Shown here one piece after another: positions 1 to 7,316 of a stretch of 64,000 nucleotides of DNA. A program made the position numbers and the translations under genes. The notes beneath the pieces were generated by a model. The model searched no databases, had not been told where the DNA came from, and saw only the letters and a program-made list of their open reading frames with translations. Location of the stretch: the NCBI GenBank assembly GCA_946499835.1, contig CAMMTJ010000003.1, positions 55,460-119,459 on the forward strand. Reading direction: 5' to 3'. Each line of letters opens with the position of its first letter. Position 1 is the stretch's first letter. The DNA comes from an uncultured Bacillota bacterium (lineage in GTDB: Bacteria; Bacillota; Clostridia; Christensenellales; UBA1242).

Positions 1-1
1 T

Positions 2-1045
2 CCATCGCTTGGCAATGTTGATCTTTACAAAACATCTGGACACTGGGATCATTACAAAGACGATATGTTTCCTGCCATGGAACTTGATGAAGAGGCATAT
101 GTTCTTCGTCCTATGAACTGCCCACATCATATGGTTATGTTCAAAAACAGTATGCATTCTTATAGAGACTTGCCTATTCGTATCGCTGAAATTGCAAACG
201 ATTTTAGATTTGAAGACAGTGGAAACTTGTGCGGTCTTGAAAGAGCAAGGGCATTTACTCAAAATGATTCTCATATCTTTTGCACCGAAAGTCAAATTGC
301 ACAAGAAATAAAGGGCGTGATCACCTTAATTTATGATGTATATAAAGATTTCGGATTTGAAAAATACAAGTTTAGGCTTTCATTGAGAGATCCAAACAAT
401 ACCGAAAAGTATTTTGGAAATGACAAACTTTGGGAAGAAAGCGAAAATGCTTTGAGGGAAATTATCAAATCAACCGGCGTTGACTATTATGAAGCACCAG
501 GTGAGGCCGCATTCTATGGGCCAAAGATTGATGTTCAGGTAAGAAGTGCACTTGGGCATGATGTGACTCTTTCAACCGTTCAACTTGATTATCAACTTCC
601 TGAGAAGTTTGAACTTGAATATATTGGGGAAGATGGAGAAAGACATAGACCGGTTGTTATTCATAGAGCAATTTTGGGCTCACTTGACAGATTTATTGCT
701 TTCCTTTTGGAAGAGCGAAAAGGACTTCTTTCTCTCTGGCTTGCACCTGAGCAGGTGAGAGTTCTCCCTCTTACAGACAGAAACAATGACTATGCAAGAG
801 AAATTGTAAGCACTCTTAAAGGCGAGAATCTTCGCGTTGAAATAGATGACCGAAATGAAAAAATTGGTTACAAAATCAGAGAAGCATTGTCCATGAAAGT
901 GCCATATCTTATCATTGTTGGTGATGAGGAAGAAAAAGACAAAACCATTTCTATCCGCGGTCGTGGTTTTGAGAATAAGAGTGGGCTTAAATTGTCAGAT
1001 TTCATCGAAAGACTTGAAAGTGAAATAAAAAGCAAAAAAATTTAA
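2..1045 (+). CDS. thrS: threonyl-tRNA synthetase, C-terminal ~347 aa (5' end is off the window)
   Basis: Frame is open to the left edge (PSLGNVDLYKTSGHWDHYKDDMF...). Class II aaRS core motifs RPMNCPHH and FTQNDSHIF are present, followed by an anticodon-binding C-terminus. Confidence 0.95.
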   Translation, partial: PSLGNVDLYKTSGHWDHYKDDMFPAMELDEEAYVLRPMNCPHHMVMFKNSMHSYRDLPIRIAEIANDFRFEDSGNLCGLERARAFTQNDSHIFCTESQIAQEIKGVITLIYDVYKDFGFEKYKFRLSLRDPNNTEKYFGNDKLWEESENALREIIKSTGVDYYEAPGEAAFYGPKIDVQVRSALGHDVTLSTVQLDYQLPEKFELEYIGEDGERHRPVVIHRAILGSLDRFIAFLLEERKGLLSLWLAPEQVRVLPLTDRNNDYAREIVSTLKGENLRVEIDDRNEKIGYKIREALSMKVPYLIIVGDEEEKDKTISIRGRGFENKSGLKLSDFIERLESEIKSKKI

Positions 1046-1094
1046 GCATTTCGTTTGGAAAAAACAAAAGTATTATGTATAATGAGGAGGAGTA

Positions 1095-1172
1095 ATGACA
1101 AACACTATCATTCTTGCGATATTTGCAATATTTATCACATTTGTTATGATTTTCATTGTCATGAAAAAATAA
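1095..1172 (+). CDS. candidate 25-aa single-helix membrane micro-protein (MTNTIILAIFAIFITFVMIFIVMKK)
   Basis: ATG at 1095 follows GAGGAGG (1084-1090). The peptide is entirely hydrophobic with a KK tail. Its stop (1170-1172) abuts the yajC SD. It is below the 60-aa cutoff of the ORF track. Confidence 0.4.
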   Translation: MTNTIILAIFAIFITFVMIFIVMKK

Positions 1173-1181
1173 GGAGGAATT

Positions 1182-1673
1182 ATGGACGTAACCCAAATTA
1201 TCTTGATTGTTTTCATTGTTCTTCTTGTGATTGCTTATCCAATCTTGGTGTCACAAAGAAACAAAAAAGAGCAGCAAAAACTCACAGAGCAGACAAACTC
1301 TCTCAAACGTGGAGACAAAGTTTTGACTTCAAGTGGTGTCTATGGCACAATCGTTGATCTTCAACTCGAAGGAGATCGCAAAATTGTGACTATTGAAACT
1401 GGCACTGACAAGAAAAAAGGTTATATGTCTTTTGATGCCTATGCAATTTACACCGTTTTCAAAGAGGGTGAAGAGCCTAAGGCTGACGAGAAAAAGGAAG
1501 ACAAAAAATCTGACAAAAATGAAGAGAAGAAAGACTCAAAGAGTGCAGAGGTTGAGGCAGAAGTTTTGAAGGAAATAAATGGCGAAGAAAAGCCAGCAGA
1601 AACTCCTGCAACAGAAGAAAAACAACCTGCAAAGAAAAGAGGCAGAAAATCACAAAAAGAAAGTGCAAAATAA
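1182..1673 (+). CDS. yajC: preprotein translocase subunit YajC with a long K/E-rich C-terminal tail
   Basis: N-terminal TM helix followed by the YajC core (LKRGDKVLTSSGVYGTIVDL). SD AAGGAGG lies at 1171-1177. The gene sits upstream of secDF. Confidence 0.85.
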   Translation: MDVTQIILIVFIVLLVIAYPILVSQRNKKEQQKLTEQTNSLKRGDKVLTSSGVYGTIVDLQLEGDRKIVTIETGTDKKKGYMSFDAYAIYTVFKEGEEPKADEKKEDKKSDKNEEKKDSKSAEVEAEVLKEINGEEKPAETPATEEKQPAKKRGRKSQKESAK

Positions 1674-1688
1674 ATTGCACTTTTTTTG
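1663..1688 (+). terminator. rho-independent terminator after yajC
   Basis: Stem GTGCAA (1663-1668) pairs with TTGCAC (1675-1680) and is followed by a T7 run. The hairpin overlaps the stop codon. Confidence 0.7.
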
Positions 1689-1809
1689 TTTTTATAAGTG
1701 GCGGAAATTGAAATAAAATGCTTTTAAGCCTTTTTGACAAACTGTTCTTTTTTGGAATAAACAAACATATTGTATTTTTGAAAAAGATTTGTCAAGAAGG
1801 GGGCATTTT

Positions 1810-2223
1810 ATGAAAATCAAAGCAAAACATCTCAAAAAAGAGGGCTCACCATCCATTGCAATGGCGGTTGTTAAAGGAAGCCTTGTCAGTCTGTGTGTGT
1901 CACTGGTTGGGATTTTAATTTTTGCCTTTATTTTGAAATTTACAAATATTCCAGAAAGCACGATTGCGCCAGTAAATCAAGTTATAAAAGGACTCAGCGT
2001 CTTTATTGGAGTGTTCGTGGCACTCAAAAAGAGCAGAGAGATGGGACTTGTAAGCGGTCTTTTGATCGGGTTTGTTTACACAATTCTTGCCTTTGTTTGC
2101 TTTTCAATTCTTAGCGGAAGTTTCGCTTTTGACAGAACATTTGTGACAGATATTGTTTTTGGTGCAGTTATGGGTGCAATTTGCGGTATTATTTGCGTCA
2201 ACATCAAAAAAAGTTCAAACTAA
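1810..2223 (+). CDS. small polytopic membrane protein, TIGR04086/YrzE-like
   Basis: 137 aa with 4 predicted TM helices. ATG at 1810 follows AAGGGGG. The sequence pattern (VKGSLVSL...GLLIGFVY...FGAVMGAICG) resembles the TIGR04086 family as I recall it. Confidence 0.65.
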   Translation: MKIKAKHLKKEGSPSIAMAVVKGSLVSLCVSLVGILIFAFILKFTNIPESTIAPVNQVIKGLSVFIGVFVALKKSREMGLVSGLLIGFVYTILAFVCFSILSGSFAFDRTFVTDIVFGAVMGAICGIICVNIKKSSN

Positions 2224-2236
2224 TTTATTATTTTAA

Positions 2237-2265
2237 TTGACAGCGAGCCTTTAATTTTCTATAAT
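2237..2265 (+). promoter_or_regulatory. sigma-A type promoter for secDF
   Basis: TTGACA (2237-2242), a 17-bp spacer, then TATAAT (2260-2265). Both hexamers match consensus perfectly. Confidence 0.6.
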
Positions 2266-2369
2266 AACCAAGAAAGTTAAATTTTCTTTTAAGAAAAAAT
2301 TATAAAATCTTTCACCTTGTCAATAATTTGATAAGAAAAAGGTTATGCGAAAATTAAAGGGGACTTTTA

Positions 2370-3827
2370 ATGACTGCGAAGAAACGCTCAATTGTTAAAT
2401 TTGTTTTTGTAGCGATTTTGACAGTGCTTGGAATTGTGCTTTCTGTTTGCTCTTTTCCTGTGGTTGGCACTGATTATGTCTATAATGGATTTGCAAATTC
2501 AATCTCTCTCGGACTTGATTTGTCCGGAGGGCTTTCTGTTGTCTATGACTGCTCACTGAATTCGTCAAATGGCAATCTCAACGATTCGATTGATGCGACA
2601 GTGGCTCGTCTTCAACAAATTTTGTATGATGAAGATTATAGCGAGGCAACTGTCACAAGACAGGGCTCAACAAAAATAAGAATTGAAGTGCCTTCTGCAA
2701 GTGAAACTGATGATATCTTTACTTTCCTTGAAAATCCACAAACACTCTCAATGACTTTGGAGCAAGCAACAGATGGCAATGAGCCACAAGTTTATATCAC
2801 AGGCTCTGACATTGAAGATGTGTATGTAAACTACAACACCGAGACAAGTCAATATGGCGTTTCTCTTGATTTTACAGATGAGGGCAGTGACAAATTTTCA
2901 CAACTGACTCTTCTCGCTTCACAATCAGAAAGCCATGAAATATACATTTATCTTGGTGAGGTCAGCGGTTCTCCTTGGAACACTGTGACTTGTGAAGAGC
3001 AAATCACTGGTGGCACAACTTTTATCTCTGGCGACAGCCTCAACACATATGAAGGGGCGAGAGAATATGCTTACAACATTATGTCTGGCACTTTCGGTGT
3101 GACTCTTACACTTGTTGAAAACAGTGTCATTTCAGCAACTCTTGGCAAAGAGGCTCTCACTCTTGGCATTATTGCTGGCATTGTGGCATTTGTGCTTGTT
3201 ATGGCTATAATGTGGTGGAGATATGGCGATTTCGGTCTCCTTGCAAATTTTGCACTCATAATCTATGTCGTTTTGATGCTCTTCTTCTTGCAGGCGATTC
3301 CATTTATTCAACTGACATTGCCAGGTATTGCCGGAATAATTTTGTCGCTCGGTATGGCTGTTGACGGAAATGTCATCATCTTTGAAAGAATCAAAGAAGA
3401 ATATGCCTCTGGCAAGAAAATTCATATAGCAACAAAATCTGGGTTCAAGAGAGCGTTCTGGCCTATATTTGACTCAAACATCACAACGATTGTAACATCT
3501 ATCATCCTTTATATCTTGGGCAGTGCCTCAATCAAAGGTTTTGCAATCACACTTTTGCTTGGAATACTTCTTTCAATGTTCACATGTCTCGTGGTTACTC
3601 GTGGTTTTGTGAAGTGGTATCTTCCACTCAACAGCACAAAAGCAAAGAGACTTCGTCTTTACAGAGACAAATCTGTTGTCGAAGTGGCAGAAGTGCCAGC
3701 AGATGGCAGTGCAGTCATTGAAGCAAATGGAGATGTTTACTCAAACGGAAATGTTGAGAATGAAATCGTGGTGAGTGAGCAGGAGCAAGAAAAAACCTCT
3801 TTTGATGACAAAGGAGGGCAAGCATAA
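2370..3827 (+). CDS. secD: protein translocase subunit SecD
   Basis: N-terminal TM helix, a large periplasmic-type domain, and a C-terminal 5-TM block with the SecD/F signature (LTLPGIAGIILSLGMAVDGNVIIFERIKEE). Confidence 0.93.
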   Translation: MTAKKRSIVKFVFVAILTVLGIVLSVCSFPVVGTDYVYNGFANSISLGLDLSGGLSVVYDCSLNSSNGNLNDSIDATVARLQQILYDEDYSEATVTRQGSTKIRIEVPSASETDDIFTFLENPQTLSMTLEQATDGNEPQVYITGSDIEDVYVNYNTETSQYGVSLDFTDEGSDKFSQLTLLASQSESHEIYIYLGEVSGSPWNTVTCEEQITGGTTFISGDSLNTYEGAREYAYNIMSGTFGVTLTLVENSVISATLGKEALTLGIIAGIVAFVLVMAIMWWRYGDFGLLANFALIIYVVLMLFFLQAIPFIQLTLPGIAGIILSLGMAVDGNVIIFERIKEEYASGKKIHIATKSGFKRAFWPIFDSNITTIVTSIILYILGSASIKGFAITLLLGILLSMFTCLVVTRGFVKWYLPLNSTKAKRLRLYRDKSVVEVAEVPADGSAVIEANGDVYSNGNVENEIVVSEQEQEKTSFDDKGGQA

Positions 3828-4903
3828 TGAAAAAGAATAAAAATTTCACAAACAGATTTTCTATTGATAAGACTATTGCCTCTTCAAGATTTGATTATTG
3901 CAAAAACCTCAAATGGTTTATAATTGCACCTATCGTCTTGATTGTTGTTGGAATAATTCTTCTTTGCACAGTTGGGTTCAATCTTGGTATTGATTTCACG
4001 GGTGGTTCAGTCATCAACATTTATGCAAATGATGAGGGGCTTATCACAACTGAAAATGCAGAAGTTTATGATGTCAACAACTCTGATGACTACAATGCAA
4101 TGAGAGAAAAAATCGAAAATGTGCTTGCTGAGTTTGGACTTACGCTTGATGTTTATAGATCATCATCAATGGATATAAGTGAACTTGGCGTAAATGGTGG
4201 GCAAGCAGTGCAAGTGCAATATCAAAATGTTGCAGGTGCAAGCGGAACTGAAATTGCAGATCAAAATGCAGAAATTCGCGCTCGATTGCAAGAAGAGTTT
4301 GGCTATATCAACACAGGAATAGTCGGTGAAAACTTCACAGAAGCAGTTTCATCTCCTGAGGTTGTTACTGCAACTGCAAGTGATGAACTTCTTATGAACA
4401 CCTTCATAGCGATGGTTGTTGCTATGGTGCTGATTCTTATTTATGTTGCATTTAGGTTTGAAATTACTGCTGGTCTTGCTGCAATTTTGGCACTTTTCCA
4501 TGACCTTCTTATTATGACTGCCTGCGTGCTCATTTTCAGAATAACCATCAATGCTTCATTTGTTGCAGCACTCTTGACAATTCTTGGCTATTCAATCAAC
4601 AACACCATTGTCATCTTCGACAGAATACGTGAAAATATCAAGAGCGGACTCTTTGACAAAAAATCTAACTCTGAAATTGCAAACGCATCAGTTAAAGAGA
4701 CAATGACAAGATCAGTTTTCACAACACTTACAACGCTTATCACTATTGCAATGGTTGCAATAATCGGTGTGAGTGATATCAGGGCTTTTGCTTTGCCAAT
4801 TCTTATTGGGCTTCTTGCAGGGTTCTATTCTTCTGTTTTCCTTACACCAGGTCTTTGGGCAATCGCTTACAAACCAAAGAAAAAGAAGAAAAAAATTGCA
4901 TAA
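3827..4903 (+). CDS. secF: protein translocase subunit SecF
   Basis: Start overlaps the secD stop (ATAATG). SecF signature GIDFTGG and a C-terminal TM block (ILGYSINNTIVIFDRIREN). Confidence 0.93.
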   Translation: MKKNKNFTNRFSIDKTIASSRFDYCKNLKWFIIAPIVLIVVGIILLCTVGFNLGIDFTGGSVINIYANDEGLITTENAEVYDVNNSDDYNAMREKIENVLAEFGLTLDVYRSSSMDISELGVNGGQAVQVQYQNVAGASGTEIADQNAEIRARLQEEFGYINTGIVGENFTEAVSSPEVVTATASDELLMNTFIAMVVAMVLILIYVAFRFEITAGLAAILALFHDLLIMTACVLIFRITINASFVAALLTILGYSINNTIVIFDRIRENIKSGLFDKKSNSEIANASVKETMTRSVFTTLTTLITIAMVAIIGVSDIRAFALPILIGLLAGFYSSVFLTPGLWAIAYKPKKKKKKIA

Positions 4904-4928
4904 AACGGCGATTAAGCCGTTTTTTTTG
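4902..4928 (+). terminator. rho-independent terminator after secF
   Basis: Stem ACGGC (4905-4909) pairs with GCCGT (4916-4920), is flanked by A and T runs, and is followed by T8. Confidence 0.75.
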
Positions 4929-4999
4929 TTGTATAATTTATTTTTTAGGTCTAGACAACTGTCGAAATTTGTGTTATATTGAAAATAAGGAGAACTATT

Positions 5000-5377
5000 A
5001 TGCATCAAAACAAATTTGATTCAGACCAAATCTTTGTCGCAACTATTGTTCGTTGCAAAGAATTTGAAAATGGAATTTCACTTAAAAATGACAAGGTTGG
5101 CACAAAATTAGTTGTGGTCAGACGAGTGAAAGGTATGAGAACGCTGTATGCAACTTGTCTTAAAGATAAGGCATATTATGATACTTGCAGGGGAACAGAT
5201 GACCATTTTGTCAGTAGCGTTGAAAAGTTGGAAGATCGCATGGTTGATATTATGGGGAAAGAATACTGGGAAAAAAAGTATGGAAAAAAGGACCATTTCA
5301 ATCGTGAAACAGTGAGAGAAATTGAAAAATTGGTTGGTTATAACAATAATATAAAAACTTCTGGGTTTTTCTTGTAA
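5000..5377 (+). CDS. hypothetical soluble protein, 125 aa, no family recognised
   Basis: ATG at 5000 is preceded by AAGGAG. Terminator-like hairpins lie on both sides. No motif that I can name. Confidence 0.6.
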   Translation: MHQNKFDSDQIFVATIVRCKEFENGISLKNDKVGTKLVVVRRVKGMRTLYATCLKDKAYYDTCRGTDDHFVSSVEKLEDRMVDIMGKEYWEKKYGKKDHFNRETVREIEKLVGYNNNIKTSGFFL

Positions 5378-5416
5378 AAAGCATAAAGAAAATTTGTGCT
5401 TTTTTATTTTTTTTGC

Positions 5417-5445
5417 TTGCAAAATTTATTGTTTTATGATATACT
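5417..5445 (+). promoter_or_regulatory. candidate promoter for rpsB-tsf
   Basis: TTGCAA (5417-5422), a 17-bp spacer, then TGa-TATACT (5437-5445). This would leave a ~168-nt leader before rpsB. Confidence 0.5.
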
Positions 5446-5619
5446 CTCAAAGTCATTGAAGACAAATCTGCACTCGCAATCATATTCAATCACCGTTGCC
5501 AAAAATAAATGGGAGAAAAAACGATACCGCTCTCATTTTGAAGAAGATCACTTCTGTGGTTGTGGTTGGAGCATTAGACGATGCGGGGAAGAAGAAAAAC
5601 AAAAAGGAGGAAAAAGAAA

Positions 5620-6528
5620 ATGTCAGTTATTTCAATGAAACAACTTCTCGAGGCTGGCGTTCACTTCGGTCACCAAACAAGAAAGTGGAACCCTAAGATG
5701 AAGAAATACATTTTTACTGCTAGAAATGATATTCATATCATCAACCTTGAAGACACTTCTGCACAAATCGATAAAGCATACACTTTTGTTCGTGATATCG
5801 TTGCAGCAGGAAAAAATGTGCTTTTTGTGGGCACAAAAAAACAAGCACAAGAAGCAGTGAAGGAGGAGGCTGAACGTTGTGGAATGTTCTATGTCAACAC
5901 TCGTTGGCTCGGCGGTTGCCTTACAAACTTCAAAACAATCAAATCAAGAATTGAGAGACTCAACAAACTCAATCAAATGGAAAAGGTTGGTGAATTTGAC
6001 CTTCTTCCAAAGAAAGAAGTGACTCTTCTCAAAGCAGAGAGAGACAAACTTGAAAAGAACCTTGGCGGTATCAAAGAAATGAGAGAACTCCCTGGACTTG
6101 TTTTCGTTGTTGACCCTAACTGCGAACATATTTGCGTTCATGAATGCAAAGTTCTTGGAATCCCAATGGTTGGACTTGTTGACACAAACGGCAACCCAGA
6201 CGGAATTGATTATGTTATTCCAGGAAATGACGATGCCATCCGTTCAGTAAAACTCATTGCAAGCGCTATTGCTGATGCTGTTATCGAAGCAAAAGAGGGC
6301 GTGTCAATGAAGAAAGAAGAAAGTGCTGAGGAAGAAGATATCGATATCGAAAAAGCACTTGCTGAAACAAAACCTAGTCTTGAAATTGCAGAGGCTGGCG
6401 AAGAGAAAAAATCTAAAAAGCCAAGAAAGAAACCTGCTCCTAAGAAAAAGGTTGAAGAGAAAAAAGAAGTAGTGGCAGAAGAAAAAGCCCAAGTAAAGAC
6501 AGAAACTGAAAATAAATCTGAAAAATAA
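5620..6528 (+). CDS. rpsB: 30S ribosomal protein S2 with a ~70-aa K/E-rich C-terminal extension
   Basis: [27 protein letters not shown] is the canonical S2 N-terminus. SD AAAGGAGG lies just upstream. The upstream part of the track ORF (from 5581) is leader. Confidence 0.95.
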   Translation: MSVISMKQLLEAGVHFGHQTRKWNPKMKKYIFTARNDIHIINLEDTSAQIDKAYTFVRDIVAAGKNVLFVGTKKQAQEAVKEEAERCGMFYVNTRWLGGCLTNFKTIKSRIERLNKLNQMEKVGEFDLLPKKEVTLLKAERDKLEKNLGGIKEMRELPGLVFVVDPNCEHICVHECKVLGIPMVGLVDTNGNPDGIDYVIPGNDDAIRSVKLIASAIADAVIEAKEGVSMKKEESAEEEDIDIEKALAETKPSLEIAEAGEEKKSKKPRKKPAPKKKVEEKKEVVAEEKAQVKTETENKSEK

Positions 6529-6551
6529 AAAAATAGAAGGAGATTAAGATT

Positions 6552-7208
6552 ATGAACTTTACTGCAAAAGACGTTGCTGAACTTAGAGCAAGAACAAATG
6601 CTGGAATGATGGACTGCAAAAAAGCATTGGTTGAATCTGATGGCGACTTTGAAAAGGCTGCTATCTGGCTTCGCGAAAAGGGTATCGCTGCCGCTGCAAA
6701 GAAACAATCAAGAATCGCTTCTGAGGGTATCGTAACATCATACATCCACATGGGTGGAAAAATTGGCGTTCTTGTTGAAATCAACTGCGAAACAGACTTC
6801 GTTGCAAAGACAGATGCTTTCCAACAACTTGGAAGAGATATTGCTATGCAAATCGCTGCTGCTGCTCCAAAATATGTTCGCATTGAAGAAGTGCCTGCTG
6901 AGGCTGTTGAGGCTGAAAAAGAAGTTCTCAGAGCACAAGCACTCAATGAAGGAAAACCTGCTCAAATCGTTGAAAAAATGGTTGAAGGAAGAGTTAAAAA
7001 ATTCTATCAAGACGTATGTCTTTTGGAACAACCATTTGTCAAAGATTCAAGCATGACCATTCAAGCATATATCAATGAGATGACACTTAAAATTGGTGAA
7101 AAAATCTCTGTTCGTCGTTTCACTCGTTATGAAATGGGCGAAGGTCTTGAAAAGAGACATGACAACTTGGCAGAAGAAGTTGAAAAACAAATGCAAAAGA
7201 AAAACTAA
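6552..7208 (+). CDS. tsf: elongation factor Ts (short form, 218 aa)
   Basis: N-terminal UBA-like motif ([19 protein letters not shown]) and [10 protein letters not shown]. The gene follows rpsB. Confidence 0.95.
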   Translation: MNFTAKDVAELRARTNAGMMDCKKALVESDGDFEKAAIWLREKGIAAAAKKQSRIASEGIVTSYIHMGGKIGVLVEINCETDFVAKTDAFQQLGRDIAMQIAAAAPKYVRIEEVPAEAVEAEKEVLRAQALNEGKPAQIVEKMVEGRVKKFYQDVCLLEQPFVKDSSMTIQAYINEMTLKIGEKISVRRFTRYEMGEGLEKRHDNLAEEVEKQMQKKN

Positions 7209-7221
7209 TTTTGGTTTTACG

Positions 7222-7253
7222 AAAAAACAAGCAAATTTGTGCTTGTTTTTTTT
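7222..7253 (+). terminator. rho-independent terminator after tsf
   Basis: Stem ACAAGCA (7227-7233) pairs with TGCTTGT (7240-7246) and is followed by a T run. Confidence 0.8.
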
Positions 7254-7262
7254 ATTTGCCTA

Positions 7263-7291
7263 TTGACTAAATAAAATATTTAATATAAAAT
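7263..7291 (+). promoter_or_regulatory. candidate promoter of the 946-aa orphan
   Basis: TTGACT (7263-7268), a 17-bp spacer, then TAAAAT (7286-7291). SD GGAGG lies at 7308-7312. Confidence 0.45.
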
Positions 7292-7316
7292 ATATATGTT
7301 TTTATTTGGAGGAAAT

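Noticed and set aside
6210-6946. Two long minus-strand ORFs (165 aa and 168 aa) overlapping the rpsB 3' end and tsf.
   Set aside because: They are antisense to two unmistakable ribosomal/translation genes. Their sequences are low-complexity S/F/A-rich mirrors of the K/E-rich coding strand, and they have no SD.
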